In this document: positions 26,674-39,900 of the stretch, piece by piece
How the letters are laid out: each line of letters begins with the position of its first letter
Position numbering within the stretch: the stretch's first letter is position 1
Program-made: the position numbers and the translations under genes
The notes under the pieces: model-generated
What the model was told of the DNA's origin: nothing
Database searches by the model: none
What the model saw: the letters and a program-made list of their open reading frames with translations, nothing else
Assembly (NCBI RefSeq): GCF_009914755.1
Contig: NC_060928.1
DNA from: the human T2T-CHM13v2.0 reference genome, Homo sapiens
Direction: 5' to 3' (one strand)
DNA: 64,000 nucleotides

Positions 26674-26809
26674 GTAAGTGATATTTTGATTCTGAAGCAG
26701 CTTATTAGCAAATTACTGTATAAAATTACAAATGCCAAAGAATTCAGTTTTGATTTAAAAATAGTTTTGACCAGTCTGGATTCTGGGACATAGGAAAATT
26801 ATTTTTGAG

Positions 26810-26932
26810 TATTTAACATGGGTTGTCAGTTTCCTGTAACATTACTACATATATATTTTTTTTTTACTTTACTATTTAACATGGGTTGTCAGTACCCTGT
26901 AACATGAGTATATATATTTTTTAACTTTACTA
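26810..26932. repeat. Imperfect ~63-bp tandem duplication
   Basis: tatttaacatgggttgtcagt...ctgtaacat...tatatattttt...actttac at 26810 and again at 26873. Confidence 0.9.
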
Positions 26933-28750
26933 CATTTTTTATTATTTTTCTCCCTTTATGAACAATGAAGTGATAGTTTGGAAACATTTTGGTGAGCTTG
27001 TTCATTTATTAAAAAACTATTGAGCCCATCCAATTTATAAGAAACTGTGTGGTTGGGTCTTATTCTTTAATGCATAGAAAATTGTCAGAGAAATAACAGA
27101 TGACAAAAGATTGCAAAGTTAATTTAATCAAGAGGCAACTATTAAAATCATTGAATTGTACAGTTAACTTACATGCATTTTACTGTATATAAATTTTGTT
27201 TTACTTTATGTAAATTATACTTCAATAAACCTGACTTTGAATAAAATAAGCAATTACTGAGCATCTATAAAGTTACCAAAATTACACTAGTCACTGAAGC
27301 TACGGGGACCAGTAGCTTCACTACAGGGATAACTCAGCTTTAGTCCCAACTTGCAAAAACTCACAATCAAATTAAGAATATTATAATTCTAATGGTGACC
27401 ACTTGAGTGTGCAAAATACAACAATGGAAGGGTGTTAAAGAAAGATGTGGTACTTACAAGGAATATTTAGCCTTTTCTTGGTAGAGAGAAAAGAGAGATA
27501 TGCAGGGAGAAAAGATCAAATTACTAAACTGCTTGTAATATCTAAAACACCCCACTTATTTATGTCTTACTTTTAACTAATGACAAATCACTTTCAGAAG
27601 ATCTTCTTTGAATTTCTTATCTAGGTTAATGGCTCTTCTCACAAAACTCTGGGCATGGTGCTACCATGAAATTTTAAATTTTCTAACACTCCATGCTCCA
27701 TTAGATTATTGTTAGTTTCACCAGGACCTCGTCTCATGCATGGTGTGTAAATATTTATCCACATATGTTTACTTAACTTAAATATACTGAATAGAAATGA
27801 TGGCAGAATTGGATTATCAGGAGTTTTTCAAGTAATTAGGTATGGGGCTAGGGGGTAGAATTTGTAGCAGAAAGAATCTTAGGTCTTGAAATAACATACT
27901 GTGTTCAGGCAACTATTAATAAACTAAATAAATACTGAACTATTAATAGTTGGGAAGTGTCAATGGAGTGGGAAAGAGAAAGAGAGGGATCAGGATGGCT
28001 AGAAGAAAAAAACACTTGAGAGTAGATAAGGAGGATCTTTCTTGTTTTTTATCTGTTGGTGCTATGTGTCATCGAAGAATTTTATGCAGATCTGTAACAT
28101 AATTAGGTTTGTCTTTTGGATAACCTGCTCTCCTTCAGAATGATGTAAGGAGGATAATTATGGAAGCAGGAATTTGGTCAGGAAGTATTGAAACAATTCA
28201 GCTTGAAAGTAATGTGGGCCACAACCAAGGCAAAGGCATTAGAAGTGGTAGACAAAGTTTGGATACAAGAGATGAAACTGCCAAGCTTTTGATAACTAGT
28301 CAGATATGGTTCTTAAGATACATTAGTAAGGGGATAATAACGCATTTCATTTTACATATATTGAGTTTGAAGTAGAAATATCTAGTAGACATGTATAGTA
28401 AGCAATTAGATAAATTAGATTTGTACTCAGAATGAAGATGTTAGCCCAAATCACAGGAGTTTGAGATCCAAAGGAGAGGAGACATAGAGGGAAAGAAGAA
28501 GGACACAGAAGGCAAATGCTTAACCTTCTCAAAATTTAATGTGTACACAGAAGAGAATTCAGTGGAGAAAGCTCAGGATGTTTGGAGATAAAGAAAGGTA
28601 AGTATAAAGAATTAGACAGTGAAGACATGAAAAACAAATAAAACAGGAATTTAAGAAGGGAGAAAAGTGGTCATTAAAATAAGATGATATAAAAGTCAAG
28701 TTAGATAAAATCTGGGAGATTTTTAATCAATTTGAAAATATAGAATTGAT

Positions 28751-29631
28751 TGTGTAGAAGTTATGTATTGCTGTATAATGCCAAATCACCCCAAAACTTA
28801 GCAGCACAAAACAACACAATTATTCTCTTACAGTTTTTGTGAGTAAAGAACAGGAAAAAAAAAAGAAAAAAAAGAAAAGAAGATCATGCATGGGTAAAAG
28901 TTTCATTCAATGTGCAAGATAAACCGATAGATTTTAATGTAACAGAGTATGATAAGCACAATGATATGTTTCTAGATTCCACAGCAATTAATCTGTAAGG
29001 AACCAACACTTGTTGAAATTTGGGGTAGTATCAAAGAAGACTATTCATAGTTCTCTGAAAAGACTATTAAAATACTTCTCCATTTTCCAAAAAAAAAAAA
29101 TGTTGTTAAATAATTTTAACATCATTGGGGAAATATGATACAATGCTAAGAGATAAAAGTTGGCAACAACATTGAAAAAAAAAAGAACAGGAGCAAGGCA
29201 TCTTGTCAGATTCTTAGATGATTTCAGTCAAGGTGTCAGCTAGAACTGGGTTTCATGTACAAGCTCAAATTGGTAAGAATCCACCTCTAAGTTCACGTGG
29301 TTGTTGGCAGGATTTAGTTCCTGATTGGTTGTTGGACTGAGGGCCTCAGTTCCTCTTTGCCTATTGGCCAGAGGCTGCTCTCAGCTCCTTGCCACATGGG
29401 CTCTCCATCATTGCTGCTTGCTTCGTCAAATCACAAGAGCCAAGAAAGCAATAGAAAAAGGCTGATAGAAGTCACCATCTTTTGAAACCTAACTATGAAA
29501 GAGACAGCCTGTCACTTGTGCAATATTCCATTGGTTAGAAACACACGCAAGGGGAGGGGATTACACAAGGGCATGAGTACCAGGCATTGGAGATCATTGG
29601 AGGGTTTTTCTTAAGAAATCTGCCCACCACA
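28751..29631 (-). mobile_element. MLT1F-like MaLR LTR, interrupted by the 28856-29181 insert
   Basis: aaatcaccccaaaacttagc...ttggcaggatttagttcc...ggactgagggcctcagttcct...caaggggaggggattacacaagggcatgagtaccagg...ctgcccaccaca. Confidence 0.85.
28856..29181 (+). mobile_element. TSD-flanked retrotransposed insert carrying a Charlie1-like transposase fragment (orphan 3' transduction)
   Basis: TSD aaagaacagga at 28845-28855 and 29182-29192; three A tracts; 28883-29088 resembles the Charlie1 3' transposase region (gattttaatgtaacagagtatga...gtagtatcaaagaaga...tctgaaaagactattaaaatact). Confidence 0.75.
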
Positions 29632-30710
29632 ATTGGTGACCGTTTCCAATAGAGTATCCAGTAGAGTTTGGAGGAGTAGTAGACACAGAAACCAGATTCC
29701 ATTGGTTGAGATACAAATACCAAATAAGTAAGTGGAGTTTCGTGTAGACAACCGACTTAAGTGTCTTGACTAAGAAAATCAGAAGGTTGGGAAAAGTAAG
29801 GATTTGTAATGATGGGAGAGACTTCAGCCAGTCTATAAGATGAGGAGAAAGGACCATTAGAAAGAGAGGGAGAGAGAAAACAGAAAAGAGGGAGGGGATA
29901 ACTGATGGAGCACAATACTTGAAGAGTCTGCAGAGGATGTGACTCATAGCCCAGACAAAGATAGGAATTAGCAATAAACAAGTAGAGAAATAGCTTGTCT
30001 TCAGTGATGGAAGAGAGGAACATAATTGTAATCAATGTAGGTAAGTATGGAAAGGCAAAACTGTGAACTAATCCACACCTGCTGACTTCAAGTTTCTTGC
30101 CGTGGTGGGAGGCAAAGTGAGAAGTAATCTGTTTTCCTTTAGAAGCAGAGACAGGCATAGACTTGAGGAAGGTAACAAATTAGAATAGCAGCTGAGGAGG
30201 ATGAGAGGAGGTAGGAATTACTAAGGCTGGTATCTCTTTACGTTTGAATAAATTTCCTATGTATGGGTTATCAATACTGTGTATTGGTCAATAAGACTTC
30301 AATCTTTTGATTACAGAAATGACATGATGAAAACATTGTTTAAAAAATCACTTGTAAATACCGGAGTCAGAGATGGGAAATTTTGGTTTTGTGAAGAAAA
30401 TTGAAGCATCTTTGGCTGTAATTCACTCAGGAAGCAGTAAGTTCCCAAAACAAGGTGAGAGGTTAAAGGAAGGAACCGTTAACCAAAAACTGTGATAACA
30501 TTGGAGTGGGACAGATGACTATAAGGAGTGTGTAGGGATGGGAAAGATGGAGGTATATGTTAATAGGTTGGAGTGAAAATAGGCAGTTTATAAGAAACCT
30601 GCTCTGTGTCTCTAAAGAAGTCACTTAGTTGATTTGAATGACTCTGACTTCCCGTCCAGCTTTCCTATTATCTTACTTCAATCAACCTTTACTAGCAACA
30701 ACACAAAAAG

Positions 30711-30752
30711 TACACACACATTTTTTGTACATACACGCACATTTTTTGTACA
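30711..30752. repeat. 21-bp tandem duplication (1 mismatch)
   Basis: tacacacacattttttgtaca / tacacgcacattttttgtaca. Confidence 0.9.
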
Positions 30753-32400
30753 ATTCAAGAGGTAATGATCCATTCACCAAGTAGGGGATTTATTGGAATA
30801 TGAAGCTATCATAAAAATCAGATTACCTGAATATCTTTATCTGTGAGGTTGTTTCAGGATTTGAGGAAAAATCAATATTCCCTGAGTAATGCTCTGAGAG
30901 GGCCAAGCAGCTTGTCATGACACCTGTGGATTAATGACTCTTAGTGGTCTCATTCTGAAATCTCTTTTCCCATTATCACTTAAGCATGGTGGAGTGTTCT
31001 ATCCTAGTCAAGGATACAAGAAGAGGGCATACATCGGGTAGTTTTGATTTTTGCTAAACACGGGAGACAGGTTTGGATCATTGAAGGATGCTAGATACAA
31101 ATATTAAGAAATTTCTAATCAGCCAGTGTTAGAAAGACCAATTTAAATTTACATTAGCCTACATTTAAGTATCAACGCTTTAAGCTTTCATTCTCTGCAA
31201 GTAGGCTGAACTGCTTGGTAACAGGTCAAAATTGTAAATAGCAAGCCTGCACCTCCAAACTACTCTAAGGCTGGCAGAGGCTGAATGCTTAATTTATGGT
31301 AAATGTATGATTAAGTGTTGAATGACAGTCAGAAGGGACTTTCTAAGATTATCTGATTAGCTTTTAGCACCCAGAGATCCCTTCTCAGTGGAATCTGTGC
31401 TCTATAATTAAGAACCAGTAGTATAAATGTGTAATAGGGATTTTTTGATTCATGTACCAACAACACATTCACAAAGGGCAAACCATAGGAAAGTATATAA
31501 GAAAGAGTTTGAGATTTTGAATATTTGGTGAATTTTTCTTAAATAAAAATTATTTTGTTGTTATAATATACAATTTAATGTTTTACTTTACTACTACTAC
31601 ATGAAGAATTTTTTCACTTTGTTTCTTTGAAAAGCAGAATACTAAAATGTATTTGATTATTTAAAACATTCCTGGATTTCAGTAGAAACATGTTTATATG
31701 TCTTGGCTCAGGTCATCTACTGAGTTAGTCTATGAACAAGTTATTTTGAAAACCTTCAAATTTGAATGATCAAAATTAGAAGTGCACGATTATAATTAAT
31801 TTTGATATAAATTATTTGATTTTTACATACATTATTATTATGACTGATTCCTAAGGTTATTTCTTAAAGTATGATATTAAATTTTAATAATCAGGAGTAT
31901 GTTATTTCAGTTATATAACTTCTAAAATATAAAATTTTAGAGCTGAAAGAAACTTATGATTCCTTTCTTCTTTTTTTAATTAATAGGTACTTTTAGGATG
32001 CTTGCAGCCTTTCTTTGAAGAAAATTTCATGGTCAAATAAGTATGGGAGCAGGGGGTTAAGCAATATCCTACAGGTTTCTTTCCTAAAGGGATTTTCTGA
32101 ATCATTACTGTGTTACAACGTATTGTGTATTTTCCTGGAGGGCTACATTATCAAACATTGTTCTATAGAACCCTGCATGAAATGCATTTTGGGAACAATT
32201 ATTTGTCTAACTCCTACATTTTACAGATAGGTAACTGAAGACCTAGATAAAGTGATTTTTCCAGGGCCATGTATCTGTTTAGTGGCAGATGTTAAAAAAA
32301 TAACAACAAAGCTTGAATTTCATTCCTATTGTCTTACTCTCTCACACTAACAGATTTAAATATGATGTATGTAGATTTTTGGTAAAGCAAATTATGTTGA

Positions 32401-32431
32401 TAAATATTTAGATAAGTTATCTAAATATTTA
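32401..32431. repeat. Perfect inverted repeat, 15-bp arms, 1-nt spacer
   Basis: taaatatttagataa-g-ttatctaaatattta. Confidence 0.95.
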
Positions 32432-33807
32432 AATATTTTTCTTTGTTGATGCTTTCCCTTTTCAGTTGAATTTGTGATGATAGAATTCTGTTTTGGCCCT
32501 AAATACTAACATTTGCTCAAACAGAAATTCCATTTGGTCATCTCATTTTGCAGGAATACATATTTGACTCATGACACGTTCTTAGGCTGGAGCAATGCTC
32601 CATGACTTTTCTATAGTACACAGAATTCTGAGAGTAGGGCAGTGGGTGTTGGCTGGAAAAGGAAAAGAAAACCACTTAGCTTTTTATTTCAAGTTAATGT
32701 AAATGTTTGTATAAGTCAAGAAGAGCCAAGGATTTACCAGCAGATTATTTATGCATTGATATAATGCTCTACTTATACAATATTGAAAAGATATATGAAA
32801 AATGAAATATTTTTTGGGGCAGACCACCTGCCCTTGTCATATTTATTATACTCACAAATTTTCAGTTATTTTAGTCAGGCTTCCAAATTGCTTAATACCT
32901 TTCTAAATATTACCAACTTAATTTATCACAGAAAATTAGTGTTACATTTCCTTGTACTTGTTTAGTGAAGGTTTATAATTTAATTACTTGGATGTCTTCT
33001 CTAAAATGAATTATTTCAGAACTCTTGAACATTTTTGCCAAATAAAAATTTTCTTTTTATTAACAATTTTCTTTTTCAAAGCCACTAATTATCTTCCCTC
33101 TTGCAGTTACAGCCTAGTAATCAGTTAATTTTGTTCTTTCAGAGATGCATTGTTCTTGGAATCACTATGGGTTTTTGCAAAACACAGGTGGATAAAGTAT
33201 GGACCTCATGCTGCTGCTGCTTCTGTCACAGTTCTTTAGAAAACAGAAACACTAAATACAGCAATTTGAAAAAAAAATCAAAGGATGAACAATTAAAGTG
33301 ATCAGAATTTTATAAAATTTGGTAAGCTTTGTAAGTTATATAAAAGTGACTGAACTCCTGCTCTAATTCTGAAACTAATTATAACAATACAATTACAATG
33401 ATTCACTGGGCTTTTCCTAGCACACTGTTCTTGGCTGGAGTGCAACATAAGATGAGTTGTTCTTTGACCCCATCCACAATGATTTGAATACAAAGACATA
33501 AAAGGACTCTGTTGGAAAGTATTACAGTGTGTTGTGTTAAGAGGTCCCAACTGTATTCATTACAAGAAACAGACTCTGTGTCAAATAAGAATGAAGTAAC
33601 AATTATACATCTCAGAAAACTATAAGCTAACAGATGTTAGCTTTAGAAGAAAAGATATGCCATAAGTTTGCTGAGTATATACCAAAAACTCCTAATATTT
33701 CTACTGATAGCCTGAAAAGCAAAATTCGGAAAAACTATATATGAAATGATTTGTACATTATTAACAACTCTATTCAAGTGGGGCAAAATCAGTTTAGACA
33801 GAGACAG

Positions 33808-33960
33808 ACTTTTCTTCCCCTGCTTATTCTCCTCTCCTCCATGTACCTCTTCTTCTTCTCTCTCCTCTTCTGCCTTTTTTTGTCTGTCTTCTTTCTTCTC
33901 TCTCATATTTTCCACTTTTTGATGCTCTTCTCCATGCTCCTCTCCTAGCTCTTCCCCATG
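33808..33960. repeat. CT-rich low-complexity tract
   Basis: near-continuous pyrimidines on the + strand (ctcctctcctcc...cttcttctctctcctcttc). Confidence 0.8.
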
Positions 33961-34179
33961 GACTCACTTCTTCTTAGAGTCATACTTCATACTAAGAATT
34001 GTCATCTCTAAATGGATGCATATGTGGATGCAAAATTTCACAAATTTCTTTATGGAATTTCTTAAAGATGTATTAATTTTTACATATGTATCATCATGTG
34101 GAGACATTCATTCAATAGATGCCAGTTAGGCTTTTTATCAAGCTTTCTGCCTCTTCTAGATTTGCTTTTCTCCTAAAGA

Positions 34180-34800
34180 AAATGTAGGAAAAGACTTGAT
34201 CAGGTATTTCACAGGAAGGAAGCATGAATGGCTTATCAGCATATTAAAAATTCTCTATGTTTATTTGACAAAAGAAATGTCAAATAAACCATTAATGAGA
34301 TACCATTTTACAACAAGATCATAAATTTGAGGAAAACAAAAGAATTACCCAGTGTGTCCGGAAAGTATACTTTCATATACTGTTAGTTAGAATATCAGTT
34401 GGTGCAACTTCTTTGGAGCAATGTGGCAATACCCAACAAATAATGCTTAAATATACACATCCTTTCATCCTGTAATTCTATTTTTAGAAATTTAGTCTAC
34501 AGATACTGTAAGTATTTTCTAGAAGTTAAAACCATATTATAACAGAAAGATGTGTGTATAGGAATATTAATTACAGTATTGGTTTAAATATAGAAAGGGA
34601 TGGGAAAAAAATTAAATGTTCATGGTTATACAAATTGTGGCATAATAATACAATAATAAGGAGAGGACCATGTAGACCTGTAAAAAATAGTGTGGCTTAT
34701 ATGTTTCAATAAAAATGATCTCTAAGATGAACGTTAAGTTAAAAAAATAAAATAAGCCTCAGACCCCTGTGTATAATATCCATTTGGGTTTTTAATAATA
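34180..34800 (+). mobile_element. Old L1ME 3' fragment
   Basis: gaaatgtcaaataaa...aatgagataccattt...ttggtgcaacttctttggagcaatgtggcaata. Confidence 0.7.
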
Positions 34801-36184
34801 TATGAAAATATATATATGTACGTATACACACGCAAATGTACACATATACTTCTCTATTCATTAAAAAGTGTGAAAGCAAAACTAGGCATTAGTAAAAGTT
34901 GGGGTTTTGTTTACTCTTTTATCTTAACATGAGCATATAAAATTTTTGTATTAATTAGTTTATTTAAATACCATGTAGAACCCTAAAAATTAAATGAAAT
35001 AATATATTATTTATAAATTTTAAATGTATCTTTAAGCAATTAATATATAAACATTTTTAAAAAGTAAAAATTGAGTTATTTTATTTTTCAAAAGTATTTT
35101 TGACATAAGTACTTTAATTCAGATGCAGATAAAACATAAAATTATTTTGAGATTATAAGTTAATATATTTGAGAATCATCTGTTCTGTAAAGTATTACTG
35201 GATTTATAAAATAACATTTATCTATCTCTTTTCTGATGACTGGTAATACTATCTGCATCCTTACAGATATTTCTCATCTTATTTCTAATGCACGTATGCT
35301 TTTTTTTTTAATTGTAGGGTTATAGAAGGCAGAGTAGTTTGTGCATTATTCAGCATGGGTCCCCTTTGTCAATATAGGTTCTCCATAATGATATTGAGCA
35401 AGGAAGAAATCAGTGTGTAAATTTGACCTTTGGCCTAAGGTCTGGTGGGGCTGACAGTCACCTATCCAAGGTGGTGTCAAATGTTCCCTATGTTCAAAAA
35501 TATTCACCTTGAAAGGATTGGCTTAACATGAGAAATTTCCAAATTAATTGACTCTTTAAATCAAAATATTGGAAACCCTAGAATTTTTTTTTCTAGAAGG
35601 AACAACCATACTGTTATATCATTATTCATTCATAATTGAACACTATTTCATTTATTAGATTAGTCTAGGCAGAAGGAGGCCTGAGTAATTTAGCTTGAGG
35701 AGTATCAGCAAGATTGAATGAGTGACCAGGAAAAAGTGAGATTAATTCCAGTGTCTGAGAGGGTAGGTCTGAATGAGTTTTTGAAACACTGGACTAAGTA
35801 TGGGGAGGGGTTTTGAAGGGATCTTGCCTTTGAGTTAATGCATGGAGAATAAGGAATTGGTCATTAGAGGTTGTATTCTAAAGGGAGGAGTCAGGAAAAT
35901 ACAGATGGTCAACTTCAATTTTACAAAAGATTAGTCTTACATTTTTTGGTTTATGACCATATTTTCTTATAGTGGAAAGAAAATAAACGTCAGAGAAATG
36001 TGTTCTAATATTGACACTGATGTCGTCCAAGGCTTTATGGAGATTATTATCCTATATTTCCCCCATCTGTGAAACAAAGATAATTTATGTCATCTACCTT
36101 GCAAAAGGGTGACATGTAACTGCAGCTATTATTATTAGAATCAGTGAATATCAAAATACAAAGCTTTATTAATGTTAGACTCTT

Positions 36185-36985
<801 letters not shown>

Positions 36986-39900
36986 AACATACTCTACTTT
37001 TAAAAGAATCCTAACTCTAATTAATAAAGCATATTAAACTGTACAGATTTGGTAGGAATAAATGTAAGTTATTCCAAAAGTTTTTAGGTAATATCACTAA
37101 GAAACACCAGATTTGGTTTGAGAGGTGTTATATAAAATGCAAATTCAGTATTTGAATAGCCCAAATGATATTCACAATTAGCACTGAGACTATTGTTACT
37201 TAACATCTGGACTCAATTATGCAAAAGTTATATAAAAATATCAAATGTCAGCAAAGAACATTTATTTCTTCTTCTTAAAATTAATTAAGGATTTTTCTTT
37301 ATCCTCTTTGTAGGCTATTTAAGGTATAGGGATAACAGACATGTTTGTACAATGTGATGTTTAAGGTAAAGTTTTTATTAAAGAATGTTTGGTTTAGAAC
37401 AAAAGCTCTTCACTTCCTGATGGAGAGAGGACACCTCTGAAGATTGAGGTATTTTCAGTCAAGTTCTGACATACTTTGCATCTTGAGGAAGAGAGGGAAG
37501 CAGCCAGAGGTGGAGAAGGGGGAAATTTCAAGAAAATAGGGCATGGAAGACTGAATGAGGAAATATTCTGTCTTTCAGTGAAGGAAGGAACAAAAAGGCA
37601 AAACACATAATTGGTTCCATTCCTTTGTAGAATAATTTGATGCCTTTCGCACAACTTCTGGAATCATTACCGCAACTTGGCAAGCCTGGGAAATAAAATT
37701 GAGATATGAAACAAAGAGAGAAGACGATGGTTTTCTCTATAATAATAGAGGAATTTGTATCAAAAAAGAATAAAAATCTGTAATGTAGTTATTTACTGAA
37801 TCTTTCTTATACTCATAATTGGAACTTTATTTCATTTAACACTGAAAACTGAATTAGTGGAGAAAGAGAATTATGTTTTTCATTTTTGAATTGGACTCTC
37901 CAGATGCCCCTCTACATGCCGTCTTTAATCAGAGCCAGATCTAGGAAAATTCTAGGCTAAATGAAATGAAACACAGAAAATGTGTTCAAATTGTCAAATG
38001 TTTTCAGTAGATCCATATGTGTCCTACTGAGCTGTACTGAGCCTTGATTCTGGAAATAAAATCTTAACTTGCCTTTTTGATTTGTGACCATTTGTATTTC
38101 ATCACCTTACAGTTGATTTAACCATATTTTTAGTATTTGAAAATATGGTTCTAAACTAGTAAAGGACCCATACATAGGCTGAAGTATTCAGAATAAACTA
38201 GGCATGTGAAATTGAATAATATACTAAACTGTCAAGGCATTTATTAATCCTATAGTTTTCTGATTAATTTGAGTTTATTTAGCATATGGCTTTGCACTAA
38301 ATATTTAACTTCTCTGTTCCTCAGTAGTTTAACTTATTAAAATGAGGAGCTTGCAGTAAATTATTCTGAAATTCTCTTTTAAATCTTAAATTTTATAGCT
38401 CTATTTGCATCAGTTTCTCCATCTATAAAATGGGTTTGCTCTTAGCATTTCCAGGTTTCTGTGTCTTCTGCCTTTGTTACCAGTTGGAAGTGATTCTTGA
38501 TGGTAGAAACATCTGTTTTACCATTGTGTAAGTCAGGATAGTAATGATTTTAGGAAATACTAGGTCACATTAACTAACCTTTCACAATAGAGAAACACAT
38601 CTAGGTCAATTATCTTTGAGTGGCTCAGTTGTTTTACTGGCACTTAGCTAGTTACACCACATTTTGGCATCACAATTTAATTGGGGTTCTTGAGCCCTTT
38701 GAGCAAGTTTTTGTTGACTCATTGGCCTCATCCCAACACTCTTTATAAAATTCTTCAGAGCAAAACAAAATTTTGAATGTACTTTCAAATATTTGGAGGT
38801 ATTTCTTCTTATACAATATTTCTGCTGTTTTCTAATCAGCAAGGGCACTTTCCACTGGGTGATAAATATGTTAGCATGCTTTTACAGAGTCAGTAAATCA
38901 GGAACAATAATAATAAAAAAGCCCTGTCCATAACTAACTTCAGTTTGCAATTTATGTAATGACATCACGTTCCTTCTTTAACTGCAGCACGGAAGTCTCA
39001 TTTACCTGCTAGTCTGATAAACACTAGATTTTTTTTCAAGTTGAAATTTAATATAGGCACATAATATATGACATTTGTATTCAAAAGGAAGTAATGAAGA
39101 GAAGATGAAGAACTGATAGAGCAAATGACGTGATAATATATGCTGTAATGGGTAAGACAGAGGGTGGACAGATGACAAAATCACATTTCTTTTTCAGACA
39201 CAGTCCCTGAATTTTTCAGCATGTACATTTACAGGCAATGAAGACATATCAAGACTCAAGTGGTGACAAGAGAGCTTACTGCTCTAGTTTTAGTATCTTC
39301 TATTCCATGAATATTTATCACGGCAGCACCACACAGAACACTTCTCCCTGCTTATTGCAGTCATTTGCCATACATGCTATCGTAGTTAAAAGTCTATACG
39401 CTTTTCTGTTATGAGGCTTGCTGTTTTGTGGCTTAAAGTATCTCTGTGCCTTAATTAACTCTGCCTTTAATTTCCATTGAGACAAGGAGCAACTTCTTAC
39501 TTTCATAAAAGAATTTATGATGTTTAAAAATAGTTGTTCCCTTTCACTGACTCAATTTAAATGTGAAGGTAATTTATCTTTTAATAGTCATCTCTTCCTA
39601 ATCTGACACGCTTATTTTATCTAAAGTATTTATATTAACATACATATTACTATTCACATATAATTCTTTAACCTCTGTTGCCATTTAGCATCCAAAATCT
39701 GATTCTAGAAACCAGAGCTGACTTAGTCAAACGAAAGCCCTAAGGATGTTAGTACAGTTGTTATAAATAAAAGCTATATAAATTTTGTTGCTATGCAGAC
39801 ATATTTTGAAATTTAAACTCACAAATCCTAACCAGACTAAAAATAAATAATTGACAGGCTCAGCATTGATTCTTCCATATTAAAATATGATTTGTAAATA

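Larger units (their letters stand above)
27780..30200 (-). mobile_element. L2 LINE, interrupted by the MLT1F LTR
   Basis: purine-rich degenerate L2 motifs (ttgagtttgaag...tctagtagac; gaaaccagattccattggttgag; gtagacaac) on both sides of the LTR. Confidence 0.65.

Noticed and set aside
27295-27320. 9-bp hairpin tgaagctac-N8-gtagcttca
   Set aside because: Short, lies in apparent L2 debris, and within chance expectation for 64 kb.
29594-30158. Overlapping 126- and 133-aa ORFs
   Set aside because: Lie in degenerate L2/MLT1 sequence with no recognisable domain.
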